Part shown: piece by piece, positions 11,865 through 24,946 of the stretch | Position numbering within the stretch: the stretch's first letter is position 1 | How the letters are laid out: each line of letters begins with the position of its first letter | Source: Octopus sinensis | Lineage: Eukaryota | Assembly: GCF_006345805.1 (NCBI RefSeq) | Contig: NC_043002.1 | Coordinates: 68,200,001-68,264,000 of the forward strand | Length of the DNA stretch: 64,000 nucleotides | Reading direction: 5' to 3' | Position numbers and translations under genes: made by a program | Notes under the pieces: model-generated | Seen by the model: only the letters and a program-made list of their open reading frames with translations | Told to the model about the DNA's origin: nothing | Database searches by the model: none

Positions 11865-12353
11865 GCCCAGCCCATTTATGCATGCCTTTCCTCCCTTGGA
11901 TACAAAGACCTGTTGAGGCAAGCGAAGTCGATATAGAACCTCATCCGACGACAGGCACCCATGCCAACCCCCTTTGCTTGCGAAGACATGTTGGGGTAAT
12001 CGAAATCGAATTGAACCAGCCAGGACCCCTGGTCTGGTGGTACGTAAAAAGCACTATCCGACTCATGGCCGATGCCAGCGCCGCCTCGACTGGCTTCCGT
12101 GCCGGTGGCACGTAAAATACGCCAATCCGACCGTGGCCGTTGCCAGCCTCGCCTGGCACCTGTGCAGGTGGCACGTAAAAAGCACCCACTACACTCACGG
12201 AGTGGTTAGCGTTAGGAAGGGCATCCAGCTGTAGAAACATTGCCAGATAAGACTGGAGCCTGGTGCAGCCTTCTGGCTTCCCAGATCCCCGGTCGAACCG
12301 TCCAACCCATGCTAGCATGGAGAATGGACGTTAAACGATGATGATGATGATGA

Positions 12354-12566
12354 AGGGGCTAAACACAAAGGGGACAAACAAGGACAGAAAAGGGATTAAG
12401 TCAATTACATCAACCCCAGTGTGTAACTCGTACTTAATTTATCGACCCCGAAAGGATGAAAGGCAAAGTTGACCTCGGCGGAATTTGAACTCAGAACGCA
12501 ACAGCAGACGAAATAGTGCTAAGCTTTTCACCTGGCGTGCTAACATTTCTGCCAACTCGCCGCCTT
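12354..12566 (-). mobile_element. Meta-like SINE body (its tail at 9040-9060 is displaced by the LINE)
   Basis: ttgcccacaag|..|aggggctaaacac reconstitutes the intact sequence seen at 33315-33350 and (rc) at 63190-63225. Confidence 0.88.
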
Positions 12567-14515
12567 TTAGGGTCAATAAATTAAGTACCAGTTGAGTACT
12601 GGGGTCGATGTCATCAAGGGTGTTACTTCTGCCGCACCCTGTATATTATTAAGGCACTGTGTTTACAGCCAGATGTCCTTCCTATTGCTAACCCTTACAT
12701 GTTTCACAAGTAAGGAATTTCTAATTTCACATTATTTCAAAAGTAGAAAGCTAAGACTGACAAGGAAATGACAAGCTTCACAGCTTGTAAATCAGAGCTT
12801 TTTCGTGCAAAGTGCAGAGGACATAAACAGTCCACATATGTACACACAAACTCACATATTCATTCCTAATCCATTCCAATTGCTCCTAACCCTCTCTTCT
12901 AAAACATGAATTAGCCATGTAACCTTTCTAAAGACCTGTTCTGCTCTATTCTGGCTTTCATGCTTTACCCCCACATCTACTAGCATAAAGCTATCACTCT
13001 CAAGATTTGTAGTTTCACAATCTATATGATGACTTCACTAGTGCTGGTAGCATGAAAAAAGCACCCAATTGTAAAGTGGTTGGCTTTAGGAAGGGCATCG
13101 GGCAGTAGAAACCAAACCAAAGTAGACAATGGCTATTCTGACTGCCCTCAATCAGGGCAGCCAGGAAAATCTACTGAAAGAATGGACTGATATATTTAGA
13201 ACAGAAAGATGACTGCAGTTGATATTTTAAACAAAGTTTAACAGAAATACCATATGCAGATAGTGTCACTACAATCAAAAATTTACTAAAGCAGTTTGGG
13301 CTTATTGGAGGTGTTGTATGTATAAAGGAATAAAAAGAAAAAAGAGAGAGAGAAAAGAAAAAAAGAAAAAAAACTACTTTTCTCTGGAAAACCGAGGTGC
13401 CCACATTCAGTTTGCTTATGAACATAAGAACCGGACATAAACAGACAGCTCAAAAATCTTGTAATTAGGTGATTCAAACATTAATGAGTTTGGCTTTGAG
13501 GACCAAGTGTTCATTTAACATCATAAAGAAGGATCTGATTCAGTTAATCCAACAGTTAAATATAGTAGTATCAAGTCCTTCATGTGTGTTAGGCTCCCTG
13601 TGATAACATTGCATCATCAATGCAACCTTAGCTTACATTAGATACACTGTATGATATTCTAGATATATTTCTTTTCTGTATACAGAACATGGACATATCC
13701 TAGATGGCATTGAAATCTTGCTGTCTTTCATGCTAAAAAGTTTGTCTTTGCTAGGATGCCTTGAAATTTTATTCACTGCACGTCTTGCTTTGTCTCTAAT
13801 CCTGTGACAGCTTGTGCTATGAGAATTCGGTCACCAACAAAGAGAAATTCCCATAGGAAACCATTTTTAACCCTTCAGCATTAAAATAGTCATATCCGGT
13901 CCTCATACTGTACCTGTTTTATATTCAGACAGGTTAGGCTTAGTCACTCACATATACTTATAATGTTATTCTAAAAATAGGCAATCTCATCATGGAAATA
14001 TCTAAGCTACAAGATAATACATTATGAATTGAAAACAATGAATAAATGAGCATTATATTTGATATAACCTGAATGCTAAAGAGTCTAGAGAACTATAGTA
14101 TACAGAAGATAGCTGAGGACTGACCCCTGATGAACTGCAATTTGCAGGCTAAATTCCTTGTTGAACTCATTACTAATACTCAGACTACAACAGCATGTGT
14201 GCACATGGTTTGCAATGTTCTGGCAAGCTGTCCATGTATGCCTAGTTTTCTTAGTGACCACAGGACTGAATATGATACCCTGTCAAAAATCATTTGTAGG
14301 TCAACAAAGGCTTGGTTGCTAAAACCCTTTGCTGTAGTTGTCTCACTAGAAAAAGGTCATCAGAAGTATCCTGTCCCGGTATAAATCTTGACTGCATCTC
14401 ATCTAAACTAAATTTTCCTCCTGATTACTCAATTGTTGAAAGGCTTACCTCTTATACTGATTCTGTTTTAATGCATTTCATACACATAAGCCATATAATC
14501 ATTATCGTCATTTAA

Positions 14516-14737
14516 CCCTTTCATTACCGGATTTCTGTTGAGATGCTCTGTTTCTTTCAATTAATTTTAAATATAGCAAAGAATTTAGTAAGATTACTTA
14601 GTAATCATTAAGCAAGTGTTAGGAACATAAACTGTGACTAAGGTTTGGTGGAAGATTTTAATTCAAAACTTATGAAAACAAGACACATGTGTACTACAGA
14701 GCCAGAGGCAGTTTCAGTCGGGTTGCTATCAAAAGGG
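14516..14737. mobile_element. TTAA-flanked (piggyBac-like) MITE, second family
   Basis: TTAA-ccctttcattacc..gctatcaaaaggg-TTAA. Confidence 0.72.
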
Positions 14738-14900
14738 TTAATGCCCATGATTTATCCTGGCATGGGTTGGACAGTTTAACAGCAACTGATGAATCCAAGG
14801 ACTGCATTGTGCTGTTTGGCATGGTCAATTTGGCTGGATGTTCTTCCTAACACCAAGCACTTTATAGCATGTACTAGAGGCATTTTTCATGTCACTGACA

Positions 14901-14945
<45 letters not shown>

Positions 14946-15885
14946 GCCAGCATGGAAGGCAAACATTAAATGATGATGACGATGATACATATAAGTACAA
15001 TGGATCATTTTTTAAATATTTATAAAATTAGGAAGAGCAAAATTTTTTATAGTGGTAGATGCAAAAAGAATATGATAACAATACTTGAAGAAATAGAGAA
15101 TTTTAACATCACAGTGTTTCTTATTCGCACACCCATGGTTCTCTGAATTGCATGCAGTCTAATAACACTATTCTTTATGCTACTTACTATGTACATAGAC
15201 ATTTTATACCAGTAATAAGACTTAAAGTACTTGAAAACAATCAGTTCTTTCCTAATTAACAATACTGATTTATAGTTGTCTAAATATATACCATCTAAAA
15301 GCGAGTGGAAGACAACCATCACAGAGACATCTTTCTCATTCAAATGATTTCCTCTCAATGATAAATGCGTCTATCTCTCAAAGTTTGTGTAATCACAAAA
15401 AAAAAAAAAAAGCAAATATTGATCAGGTATCTATGTTGTAATAAGGAATTGACTGAATGTCATTGATCCTTTACTCGTCTATCTTGTTTTCTGGTCAGAA
15501 AAGAAAATCAATCAGGTTTTTCATCTCACCTGACAGGTGAGTAAGCAGCTACTTAAACGATTTTTATCAGTGTTAGAGCTAAGATTAATAATAGAGAAGG
15601 TGGCTTGAAATTAGCTTAAAATTACAGTTTTAAATGATTCCACAAAGGCACAGGCATAGCTATGCTGTTAAGAAGCTTGATTTCCTACCACATGGTTTCA
15701 AGTTCAGTGTCACTGCATGGTACCTTGGGCAAGTATCTTCTATCACATTTATTCTACCTCTTTTATGTTGACACTGATGAAATCTGTCGGGCTTCACAAT
15801 ATTCTATAAAGCTGTTCTCAGAAATAAACAATCACATCATCAAAATCTCAAAGTTATGAGTTTGTGCATGATGAATATAAAAATA

Positions 15886-16524
15886 AACCTTTCTACTATA
15901 GATGCAAGGCCTGATATTTGGGGGTAGAGGACCAATCGATTTCATCGACCCCAGTGTTTGACTGGTACTTAATTTATCAACTCCGAAAGAATGAAAGGCA
16001 AAGCTGACCCTAGCAAATTTGAATTCAGAACATAAAGACAGCTGAAATGCCGTTGAGCATTTTGCCCAGTATATGAACGATTCTGCCAGCTCACCATCTT
16101 TGATAAATTTGAAATAGTCCTTTCTATTATAGGCACAAGGCCTGAAATTTGGGGCAAGGGGATAGTTGATTACATCGACCCCAGTACTCAACTCGTACTT
16201 AATTTATTGATCCCAAAAGGATGAAAGGTAAAGTCGACCTCAGCGGAATTTGAACTCAGAACATAGTGATGGGCAAAATACTGCTAAGCATTTCATCCAG
16301 TGCACTAACAATTCTTTTCTACTATAGTCACAAGGCCTGAAATTTGTGGGAGGAGGCCAGTCGATTAGATCAATTCCAGTATACAACTGGTAATTAATTT
16401 ATCGGCCCCGAAAGGATGAAAGGCAAAGTCGACCTCGTCAGAATTTGAACTCAGAACATTAAGACAGACAAAGTATCACTAAGTATTTTGCCCGGCGTGC
16501 TAACAACTCTGCCAGCCACCACCT
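15886..16524 (-). mobile_element. Three head-to-tail Meta-like SINEs
   Basis: tttctact/ttatag(g/t)cacaaggcctga at about 15888, 16118 and 16314. Confidence 0.85.
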
Positions 16525-17689
16525 TATAAATCTGAAATAATATGATTAAATAAGTATTACATTTGACTGAGTAATCTGAATGCTACAGGGTTAAAGAGTT
16601 AATCACCTACATACTTATGCTACACTCTGCAAACCAAAGCAACAAAGGAGTTCCCAAGTGGTCACTCATCCTGGCAATACTGCAAAACTCCAATCTCCTT
16701 CAAATTCTAGGTCAACTTAACCTGGGGGCCACACAACACCAATGCATAACATTTTACTTTCAAGGGTCATTTACATATTTTCTTTTTAGCTTTGTTCTTT
16801 TTGTTTTCTTTTGTTCGCAGACATAGCTCTGTAGTTAAAGAAGTTTGTTTGCAGCCTCATGATTTTGGGTACAGTTCCACTCTGTGGCACCTTGAGCAAA
16901 TGTTTACGTTTATAGCCCCAGACTAACTAATGCCTTGTAGGTAAATTTGGTAGGCAGAAACAGTGTGGAAACCATTAATAGAACTCTACTGAAACAGCTG
17001 CTATAAATTTTAAACACCATTTGTGTTTACTTTTTATGTCTATGTCAAACCAAGGACCAAACCCCAAGTCAGATCTATAGTTTAAATTGGATTTGGTACT
17101 TGCATATCTACACTAGCCTACCAACACTTGATGTATTCAATGTTGTTCATTTCACTGTGAGCTCTATATTATCATACCTAGCCATTTCTGGTATCTTATG
17201 TGTTGCAGTGCCTAGATTGTAATGAAGCCTTATAACTATATTATGTATGTGTATGTATGTGTGTGTGTGTGTATGTCAGGCACGTGCCATCAGTAATTAC
17301 TCAGGGTAGGCAGCTGGTGACTTTTATGTAGTAAAACACACAAAAAATAAGCGAAATACAGGCACACGACTGAGATGAAGGCAGATTTACTTCTGCCTTT
17401 ATAGCCTGTAAAGAAAATGTAGTTGTAGGAATGTACACAGGATGTGTACTACAGCAGTACTATGTGTAGCTTAAATACAGAGATTGAAAAACAGGGGTGA
17501 ATTATGCCTACCTAATCTACAAAAAAAAATAATAAAGCATTTTGTATTTTATGCATAGTAATCAGAGTAACCTTCATAATTTTATTGAATTAGGTACATA
17601 TTTTGCCATAAAAGGACAATGTTGTCATCGATCTATTTTATTCAATGTAAGCACTGCCTAACTTGCCTACCTAGGTAGTACATCCGTGG

Positions 17690-18022
17690 TGTATGTGTGC
17701 AAGAGCGTGCATGCAAGTGTGTGTTTGTGAGAGTGTGCGTGTGAGAGTGTGCGTGCGAGTGTATACATGCAAGTGTATGCATGCGAGTATGTACATGTGA
17801 GTGCATGAAAGTGTGTACATGCGAGAGTGTGCTTGCGACTGTGTGCATGTGTATGCATGTGCATGTATGTGAGTGTGTGCATGAAAGTGTGCACTTGCAA
17901 GAGGGTGCATGCAACTGTGTGCATGTGCATGAATGTGTGCGTGCAAGTGTGTGCTTGCGAGAGTGTACGTGCAAGAGTGTGCATGCGAATGTGTGCATGC
18001 GAGTGTTTGCATGCAAGTGTAT
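17690..18022. repeat. Degenerate (TG)/(TGCA) simple repeat
   Basis: Low complexity; explains the overlapping His/Thr- and Cys/Val-rich ORFs. Confidence 0.9.
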
Positions 18023-19074
18023 GTCCTCCAATCACTGCTTGACAACCAGTATAGGCTTGCTTGTGTTCCTGTAACTTAGTGATTCAGCAAAAGAATAAGA
18101 ACCATACATAACAAATAATTACTGGGGTCAACTTATTAGACTAAAACCCTTCACGATAGGGTCCCAGTATAGCTGTTGTTCAATGACTGAAACCAGTAAA
18201 AGGGAAAAAAAAGGCATTAACTATTTCATTAAAAATTTTTCTCCCCTTGTTCCTCACATCATCTACTGCAACTGTTTACCTAATTACCATTCAATTATAA
18301 AATTGCTTTATTATCTTCCTTTGCCCACTTTATTTTTCTTTTATTATTTTGCTTGCCATGCTGAAGAATCACCTTCAAGTCAATCATACCAACCACAGAA
18401 CTTTGATACAATCTGGTACTAATTTTATCAATCTCTATTTTTTGAACCACTAATGTTATGGGACATGAAGAGGCACAAGCATAAACAACAATGATTTTAG
18501 ACTGGAAACAAACACAATTAGGTATATATACACACACATGTGGCAGGTTTCTGCACAGTCTCCATCAATAAATTTCACCTAAAAAGTAGTGTCATGCAAT
18601 CAGATTTAACCAGTAACCATGTGGTTGTAATGTGAATTTCATATCTTTGAAAGGCCCACTCTGATAACTCATAACCAACTATCAGCTCAACCCCTATCCT
18701 CTCTTCTAAAACACAAGTAGTCACATAGCTCCTCTTCAGCAAGAAACCAGTTTTAATCTGATCCTTTTCTCTCATATGCTACCCGCTCTTTGCTCCTTAT
18801 TCTCCTAGTATAAAGTTCCTCCTCTTCAATCAAGGTTCATAGCCTTGAAATCTACATGGCAACCTCACTATTGCTGGTGGCAAAACAAAAAAAAAAAACA
18901 AAAAGAAAAAAGCACCCAGTACATACTACAAAGTAGATGGAATTAGAAAATGCATCTAGCCATAGAAACCGTGTAAAACAGACACCAGATCATGATGCAT
19001 TCCTTGAACTAATTGGAACCTGTCAAACTGTCCAACCCATGTCAGCACAGAACATGGGCATTAAATCTAAATAT

Positions 19075-19106
<32 letters not shown>

Positions 19107-22100
19107 GGCACATGGCTCAGTGGTTAGGGAGTCAGGTTCACAATCACGAGGTAGCGAGTTTGATTTCTGGACCAGGTTGTGTGTTGTTTTCTTGGGCAAG
19201 ACACTTTATTTCACTTTGCTCCAGTTTACTCAGCTGTAGAAATGAATTGCGACGTCATTGGCATCAATCTGTATTGGCCTTCACCCCTTTATTCATTTAT
19301 ATATATATATATATATATACACTCATACACATACAAGTGTGTGTGTGAGCTTGTCATGCAGAATAAGCTTTAGTTTGAAATGCACCATATCCTTAATTAA
19401 TCAATGTAGAAATGTGAACTGGTACTGAATTTCATTGTTCAGTTTAATCGGTTGTTGATATTCATGCCAACTAGGAAAAAGTAATGATTACAACAAAATG
19501 CTACGATACTAATTATCAAGTGTCTGTAAACATTAGCTGGTATAGAGAGGGTTAACCTACCTGGTTTCTGGCTTGCAACTCATAAGAACAGACTGCTATT
19601 ATTAGGCCTGTCATGAAATTTTTAAAGTCACTTGTCCTGTGTTCTTGGCTATAATATCACTATCATTGTCATTTTAACATCCATTTTTCCATGGTTGTAT
19701 GGGTCAGCCGAATTTGTTGAAGCAGATTTTCTATGGCCAGACACCTTTTCTGTTACCACCCTTCACTCGTTTGCAGACAAGGTAGTATCTTCCCTTGACC
19801 AGACATGTAAGCTGAGAAATGGACACCATTTTCATGATGGTGACACTCACCTACAACTTTTACACAGTGTCAAGATAAGGAAACAAGAACACACACACAT
19901 ACACATATGATGGGCTTCTTTCAGTTTCTGTCAACCAAATCTACTCACAAGGCTTTGGTCGGCTTGAAGCCATAGTAGAAGACACTTGCCCAAGATGCCC
20001 TGCAATGGGACTGAACCTAAAGCCATGTGATTGAGAAGCAAAGTTGTTATCACACAGCCATGCCTATGCCTTAATGATAATTTTTCACAAGAAGCCTCAC
20101 AGTGTAAAAAGAGATTTTTCTGAAGAAATATAAGAAACACAGTGAATGTAAGATGTCAATTGTTTGAACCAATGAACCATGACACGGGTATAAACATCAT
20201 CACTGTCAACACTTGGACATTACTGTCTCAAGTCCTAGAGTTCATAACACTGGTTACTCGGTTTCCATGCTATATAAGTAACTGTCGCACAATTACACAT
20301 TGTGAGTGAACTAGAACATGAAATGAAATGTTTTGCTTAAGAACACATTGCACAACCCAGTTCAGGAACTGAAATCATGATCTTGCAATTTGAATGCAAC
20401 ACCTTGTCCACCAAGCCACACACCTTCACAAGTATTATGATCTTTGCTAAAAAAAAAAAAAAGATTAAAAAAAAAATTTTAAAAACCATTACCTAATTGA
20501 AACAGCACACTAACCTACTGTAAAAAAACAAATTGCCAAACAGAACCAAAAGCAGAAAGAGCTCCTCTGCTGAAACAATAGTGGTGTGTAAAAAAATCTG
20601 ACACTTTATTAGTTACAACAATGAGGGTTCCAGTTGATCCAATCAACGGAACAGCCTGCTCATGGAAAAAAACATGCAAGTTTATTTCATAAGCATACTC
20701 TTAACATAGTTCTCAGAGAGACTCAGCATAAAACAGAACGTGGCAAGGTTGGCCCTTTCAGTTAAAACTCACTTTTGTCAGCTGTGTGGACTGGAGCAAC
20801 ATAAAATGAAGTGTCTTGCTCAAGGACACAACACACCACCAAAAATTGAACTCACGACCTTATGACTGTGATCTGAATACCCCAACCACTAAGTCATGTG
20901 CCTTCACTGCAGAAAAATCTAAGATGTTAATGAGGGAGTCTAGGACATATTTTATAATGTAGTCCTACATACCCTAAAGAGGATGGAAAGGCTACAGTTG
21001 AAGTGATTTTGATCACAGGTCTGCACAACTTAGACTGATTTTGGCTTAATTCTCACAATTATGACAGCAAGCAAGCCAGCAAGGGAGTCTCTATATCAGT
21101 TGTTCTCAACTGCAACTCTCAGGGCTGCATGAAGCCCTAAGCCATCCTTCTGGCAACCCCTGATGGTGTTCCCTCTATAGATAATAAATTTATATCTATG
21201 CCATCTTAAAAAAAAAAAAAAGAATACATTGGATAATGAACATCTGATATATCATCTGAATAAAAGATGGGATGGGCCTACACGTTATTTGGGTTGATCT
21301 GGTGCGAAATGCTAATAACCACACTCATTCAACCAGTTAATTTCAATTTCAATAACTTCGGAAATGAATGTTTCGGTGACCAAATAACAAATTATTTGAT
21401 CTGCAATGATATACCAAGATAAGAAGTTTTATATATTCATTTCAAATGAATAAGGAAATGAAATCAAGCAGAGCATTAACATTAGATAAGCAGAAGTACA
21501 ATAATGTGGACCAATCCTGACGACATTGAGTCTATTGGAGATAAAAGCATACCTGAATACTTAATGCTAAAAAAAGAAAGAGAAAAGGTAAAGGGAGTGT
21601 TGGACAATTAATTAAAGATTTGAGTTGAAGGAAGTCTTAAAACCAAACCTTATTTCTGAAAATTGTATTATACTTTGTGTTAGCAGATATTCATTTAGTG
21701 CATTCTAGCTAAAAATTGGTTTTATTTTCCATGAATGAGCCATTATTACTAGGAAGGTAAACAGTCATAACAGAGTAACACCTGTTATAACATAAAATGA
21801 AAATGTCTAAATACTGAGAACTATGCTAACCACATCTGTTATGCTCAGCTGGTGCAGAGAAGGTATGTCATTGAAGAGATTGCAAATGGCAATGAAAAGG
21901 CTTTTACAAACATAACTGATTGACCAATTAATTGAATAATAAATCAAACAACTGGGGAGTTTTAGAAACGTCATTGCTGACCACAATAATAATTGCAATC
22001 AGATTATCAATCTAATTTTTCTTAGTGATTTAGGGGGAAGGAGTGAAAAACAAAGGGGAATTTGTGGCGGTGTTCAGTGAACAAATTAAACACACTACTC

Positions 22101-22239
22101 AGCAGTGGCTAAAATGTGAATCGATCAAGTTTATGGAGATATGCTGTAACTGTGAAGACCCAACAAATAAAGTGAGTTCATGGCTGTATCCTACACCATC
22201 TTCACATAACCATTCAAAGTACCTTGGATTGCAGGACAG

Positions 22240-22605
22240 CCTGCTGTGCTTAACTTGGATCGTAGGGTGACCTGCTGTGCTTGAAAAGACCTATTGAGTC
22301 AAGTACATCAACATCAAAATAAAAATCAAATTGAAATTGCAATTGTGATACCCGTGCTGGTGGCATGTAAAAAGCACCATCTGAACATGGCCGATGCCAG
22401 TGCTGTCTTGACTAGCTTCTGTGCCGGTGCACATAAAAAGCACCCACTACACTCACAGAGTGGTTGGCGTTAGGAAGGGCATCCAGCTGTAGAAACACTG
22501 CCAGATCAGACTGGAGCCTGGTGCAGCCTCCTGGCTTCCCAGACCCCGGTCAAACCATCCAACCCATGCTAGCATGGAAAACAGACGTTAAACGATGATG
22601 ATGAT
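22240..22605 (+). mobile_element. RTE 3' UTR fragment
   Basis: Same modules and (GAT)n tail as the autonomous copy. Confidence 0.88.
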
Positions 22606-23257
22606 GTATTTAATAATCACTGAAATTCCAACTAGTCTGATTTTCATGTTTTATTATTTGCAATTTTTACAATATTGAAATAAACTAGTTCCTTCATGTG
22701 TTACACATTCATCAGGTTTATGTAGTGACAGTCACGTTGAACAATTGACAACTGTGTATACACACACACACACACACACATAATGGGCTTCTTTCAGTTT
22801 CCATCTACCAAATCCACTCACAAGGCTTTGGTCAGTCTGAGGTCACTGTCGAAGGCACTTGTCCAAGATGTCATGCAGTGAGACTGAACCTGAAATCATA
22901 TGGTTCAGAAGCAAACTTCTTATCACACAGCCATGCTTTAAATGCACTTGGCAGACGTTTTTATAACATTTGCACAGGAAACCAATGTAAGTACATCACG
23001 TTATTTCCCTCACACAATACAATTTGATTATTAAGACATGATTCATGACCACTCCTCAGAGGAAATCTACTCATTTCCCTGCCCATGAAGAGGATAGAAC
23101 AGCAAGTGCAATGCAAACAAAGAAGTTTGCTTCCCAACCACATAGCTCCAGGTTCAATCCCACTATGTGGCACCTTGGGCAAATGTCTTCTATTATAGCC
23201 TTGGGCTGACCAAAGTGGATTTGGTAGACAGAAACTGAAGAAACCTATCGTGTGTAA

Positions 23258-23296
<39 letters not shown>

Positions 23297-24337
23297 TCAC
23301 CCAGCACCACTTGACAACTGGTGCTGGTGTTGATATGTCCTCATAACTTAGCATTTTGGCAAAAGAGTGATAGAATAAATTTCAGGCTTTAAAAGAAAAA
23401 AATTAAGTACTGGGGTCAATTCACTTAACTAAGGCTTCTTCAAGGCAGTGCCCCAGCATGGCCACAGTCTAATGACTGAAACAAGTAAAATAAGGTATCC
23501 AGTTGTAGAACCTAGCTAAATCAAGCACTGGAGCATTAGGCAATCATTCGAACCACCAGAGCCTGTGAAACTGTCCGACCCATGCCAGCATGAAAAAAAA
23601 CAGATGTTAAATGATGACACACACACACATATCAGTGGGTGTGTTTCTCCTTATCAGTGTAGATTACTTACATGCATTCAATAAGAGTGGGAATAAATCT
23701 CTAGATAACCATAACTCAATGGGGTTGAACTCAAGACATTTGATAGCAATTGATAAAACAAGCACCAGACTTAAGTCCCAGCACTGACATACTAGATTAA
23801 AACCCCAGTGAGTGATGACCAGTCCAATAACTGAAACCACTAAAAGAATAAGAATATAAGAGTAACAGAATGCATGGAAAAGTAGAGCATAAATGTCAAA
23901 TAAACTAACAAATGTCTTTAAAACCTTTTTTTAGACTATTTCAGTTTTTTATCTAAAAAAAAAAAATGACAAATATAATAAGCATTTGATATGACAACTA
24001 TAATGTCTATTGGTATAATGATAAAAATAGTTTCCCTCTTCAGTTTCACAAACTTATATTTTGTAACTAGGTTATATAAAAATTTATCTCATTTATTTTT
24101 TCAACAATCTAGCTGTGTATATTTTCAACACATCTGGAAAGTAGACAAAGCCAATCTTAAAATAGCATGAAAATTAGAATAAGGCCACAGGGAACATTAA
24201 ACTACATAAAAATTCTTCTTTAGTTAATAACAGATGCAGGCATGGATGGCCACGTAACAAACTGGTTTCACAACTGCATGGCTGCTGAAGATGATGGCTC
24301 TGGGTTTTGATCCAGCTGTATGACACCTTGCATAAGG

Positions 24338-24556
24338 CAGCGCTTTTCAACCTTTTTGCTGGAGCGGAACCCCAAGGAAACATTCCACTGGCTCGAGGAA
24401 CCCCTGTGCAATAATTTAATTGTCTTATGCACACATATCTGCACAGGAGAATTAAAAATTACTGTCGATTTTAGCATTTTTGTAACTTGTTGCACAACCC
24501 CTGGACTGTACTGGTGGAACCCTAAGGTTCCACGGAACTCTGGTTGAAAACCACTG
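24338..24556. mobile_element. hAT (Charlie/MER5-like) MITE, 219 bp
   Basis: Perfect 8-bp TSD gcataagg (24330-24337, 24557-24564); TIRs cagcgcttttcaacc and (rc) cagtggttttcaacc. Confidence 0.92.
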
Positions 24557-24886
24557 GCATAAGGTGACATACAGTTCACTAGTTTTGAGTTCATTAATAA
24601 GTCATTGTGATTGAATTTAGAGGACAAAAATCATATAGGAACCTGTTGTGTGTGTGTGTGTGTGTATGTGTGCATATGTGAACACACACTCAAGCACACA
24701 CACACACATACAAACATATATATATATATATATATGGATACAGGCATGCTTGTGTGGTTGAGAAGTCTATTTTGCAACCATATGGTTTCAGTCACACACA
24801 GCATGGCAACTTAAACAAGTGTCTTCTACAAGAGCTTCAAGCTGACTAAAGGCTTAGGAATAGTTTCAGTAGGCAGAAATAAGAAG

Positions 24887-24946
<60 letters not shown>

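Larger units (their letters stand above)
9061..12353 (+). mobile_element. RTE-clade LINE, 5'-truncated within the APE domain, with 3' UTR and (GAT)n tail; antisense to the host gene
   Basis: APE motifs (ISAYAPQ, MAGDFNGHVG, SQIDYIL), RT motifs (QFGF, FVDMEKAFDRVP, GVHQGSVLSPLLF, LLYADD), RTE-type thumb (FCYLG, WAKFREL, LHGSETW), tail ttaaacgatgatgatg. Confidence 0.97.
8838..12641. mobile_element. Tc1/mariner-type MITE (about 213 bp) split by nested SINE and LINE insertions
   Basis: TA-cagggtgcaacagaagtaatgccctt (8838) and aagggtgttacttctgccgcaccctg-TA (ends 12641); 22/26 TIR match. Confidence 0.8.

Noticed and set aside
12130-12190. HDV-like ribozyme in the RTE 3' UTR module (CCAG-CCTCGC-CTGG resembles the HDV P3/L3)
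   Set aside because: I could not build P1, P1.1, P2 and the catalytic J4/2 in the right order. RTE-associated HDV ribozymes are typically 5'. An RNArobo search would settle it.
13430-13860. Coding-like stretch (GDSN motif on plus; RIRDKARRAVNKI on minus)
   Set aside because: Multiple stops and no second confirming motif. Possibly an ancient TE, but not assignable by eye.
17642-18074. His/Thr- and Cys/Val-rich ORFs (also 25571-26030 and 42749-43122)
   Set aside because: These are translations of TG/CA simple repeats, open in several frames on both strands.
15531-21566. Phase-compatible chain of minus-strand micro-exons (21553-21566, 18390-18501, about 17178-17211, about 15531-15579)
   Set aside because: ACSL homology is colinear when 27880 is joined directly to 4677. 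The inserted peptides resemble nothing, and such splice-like sites arise by chance in AT-rich introns.
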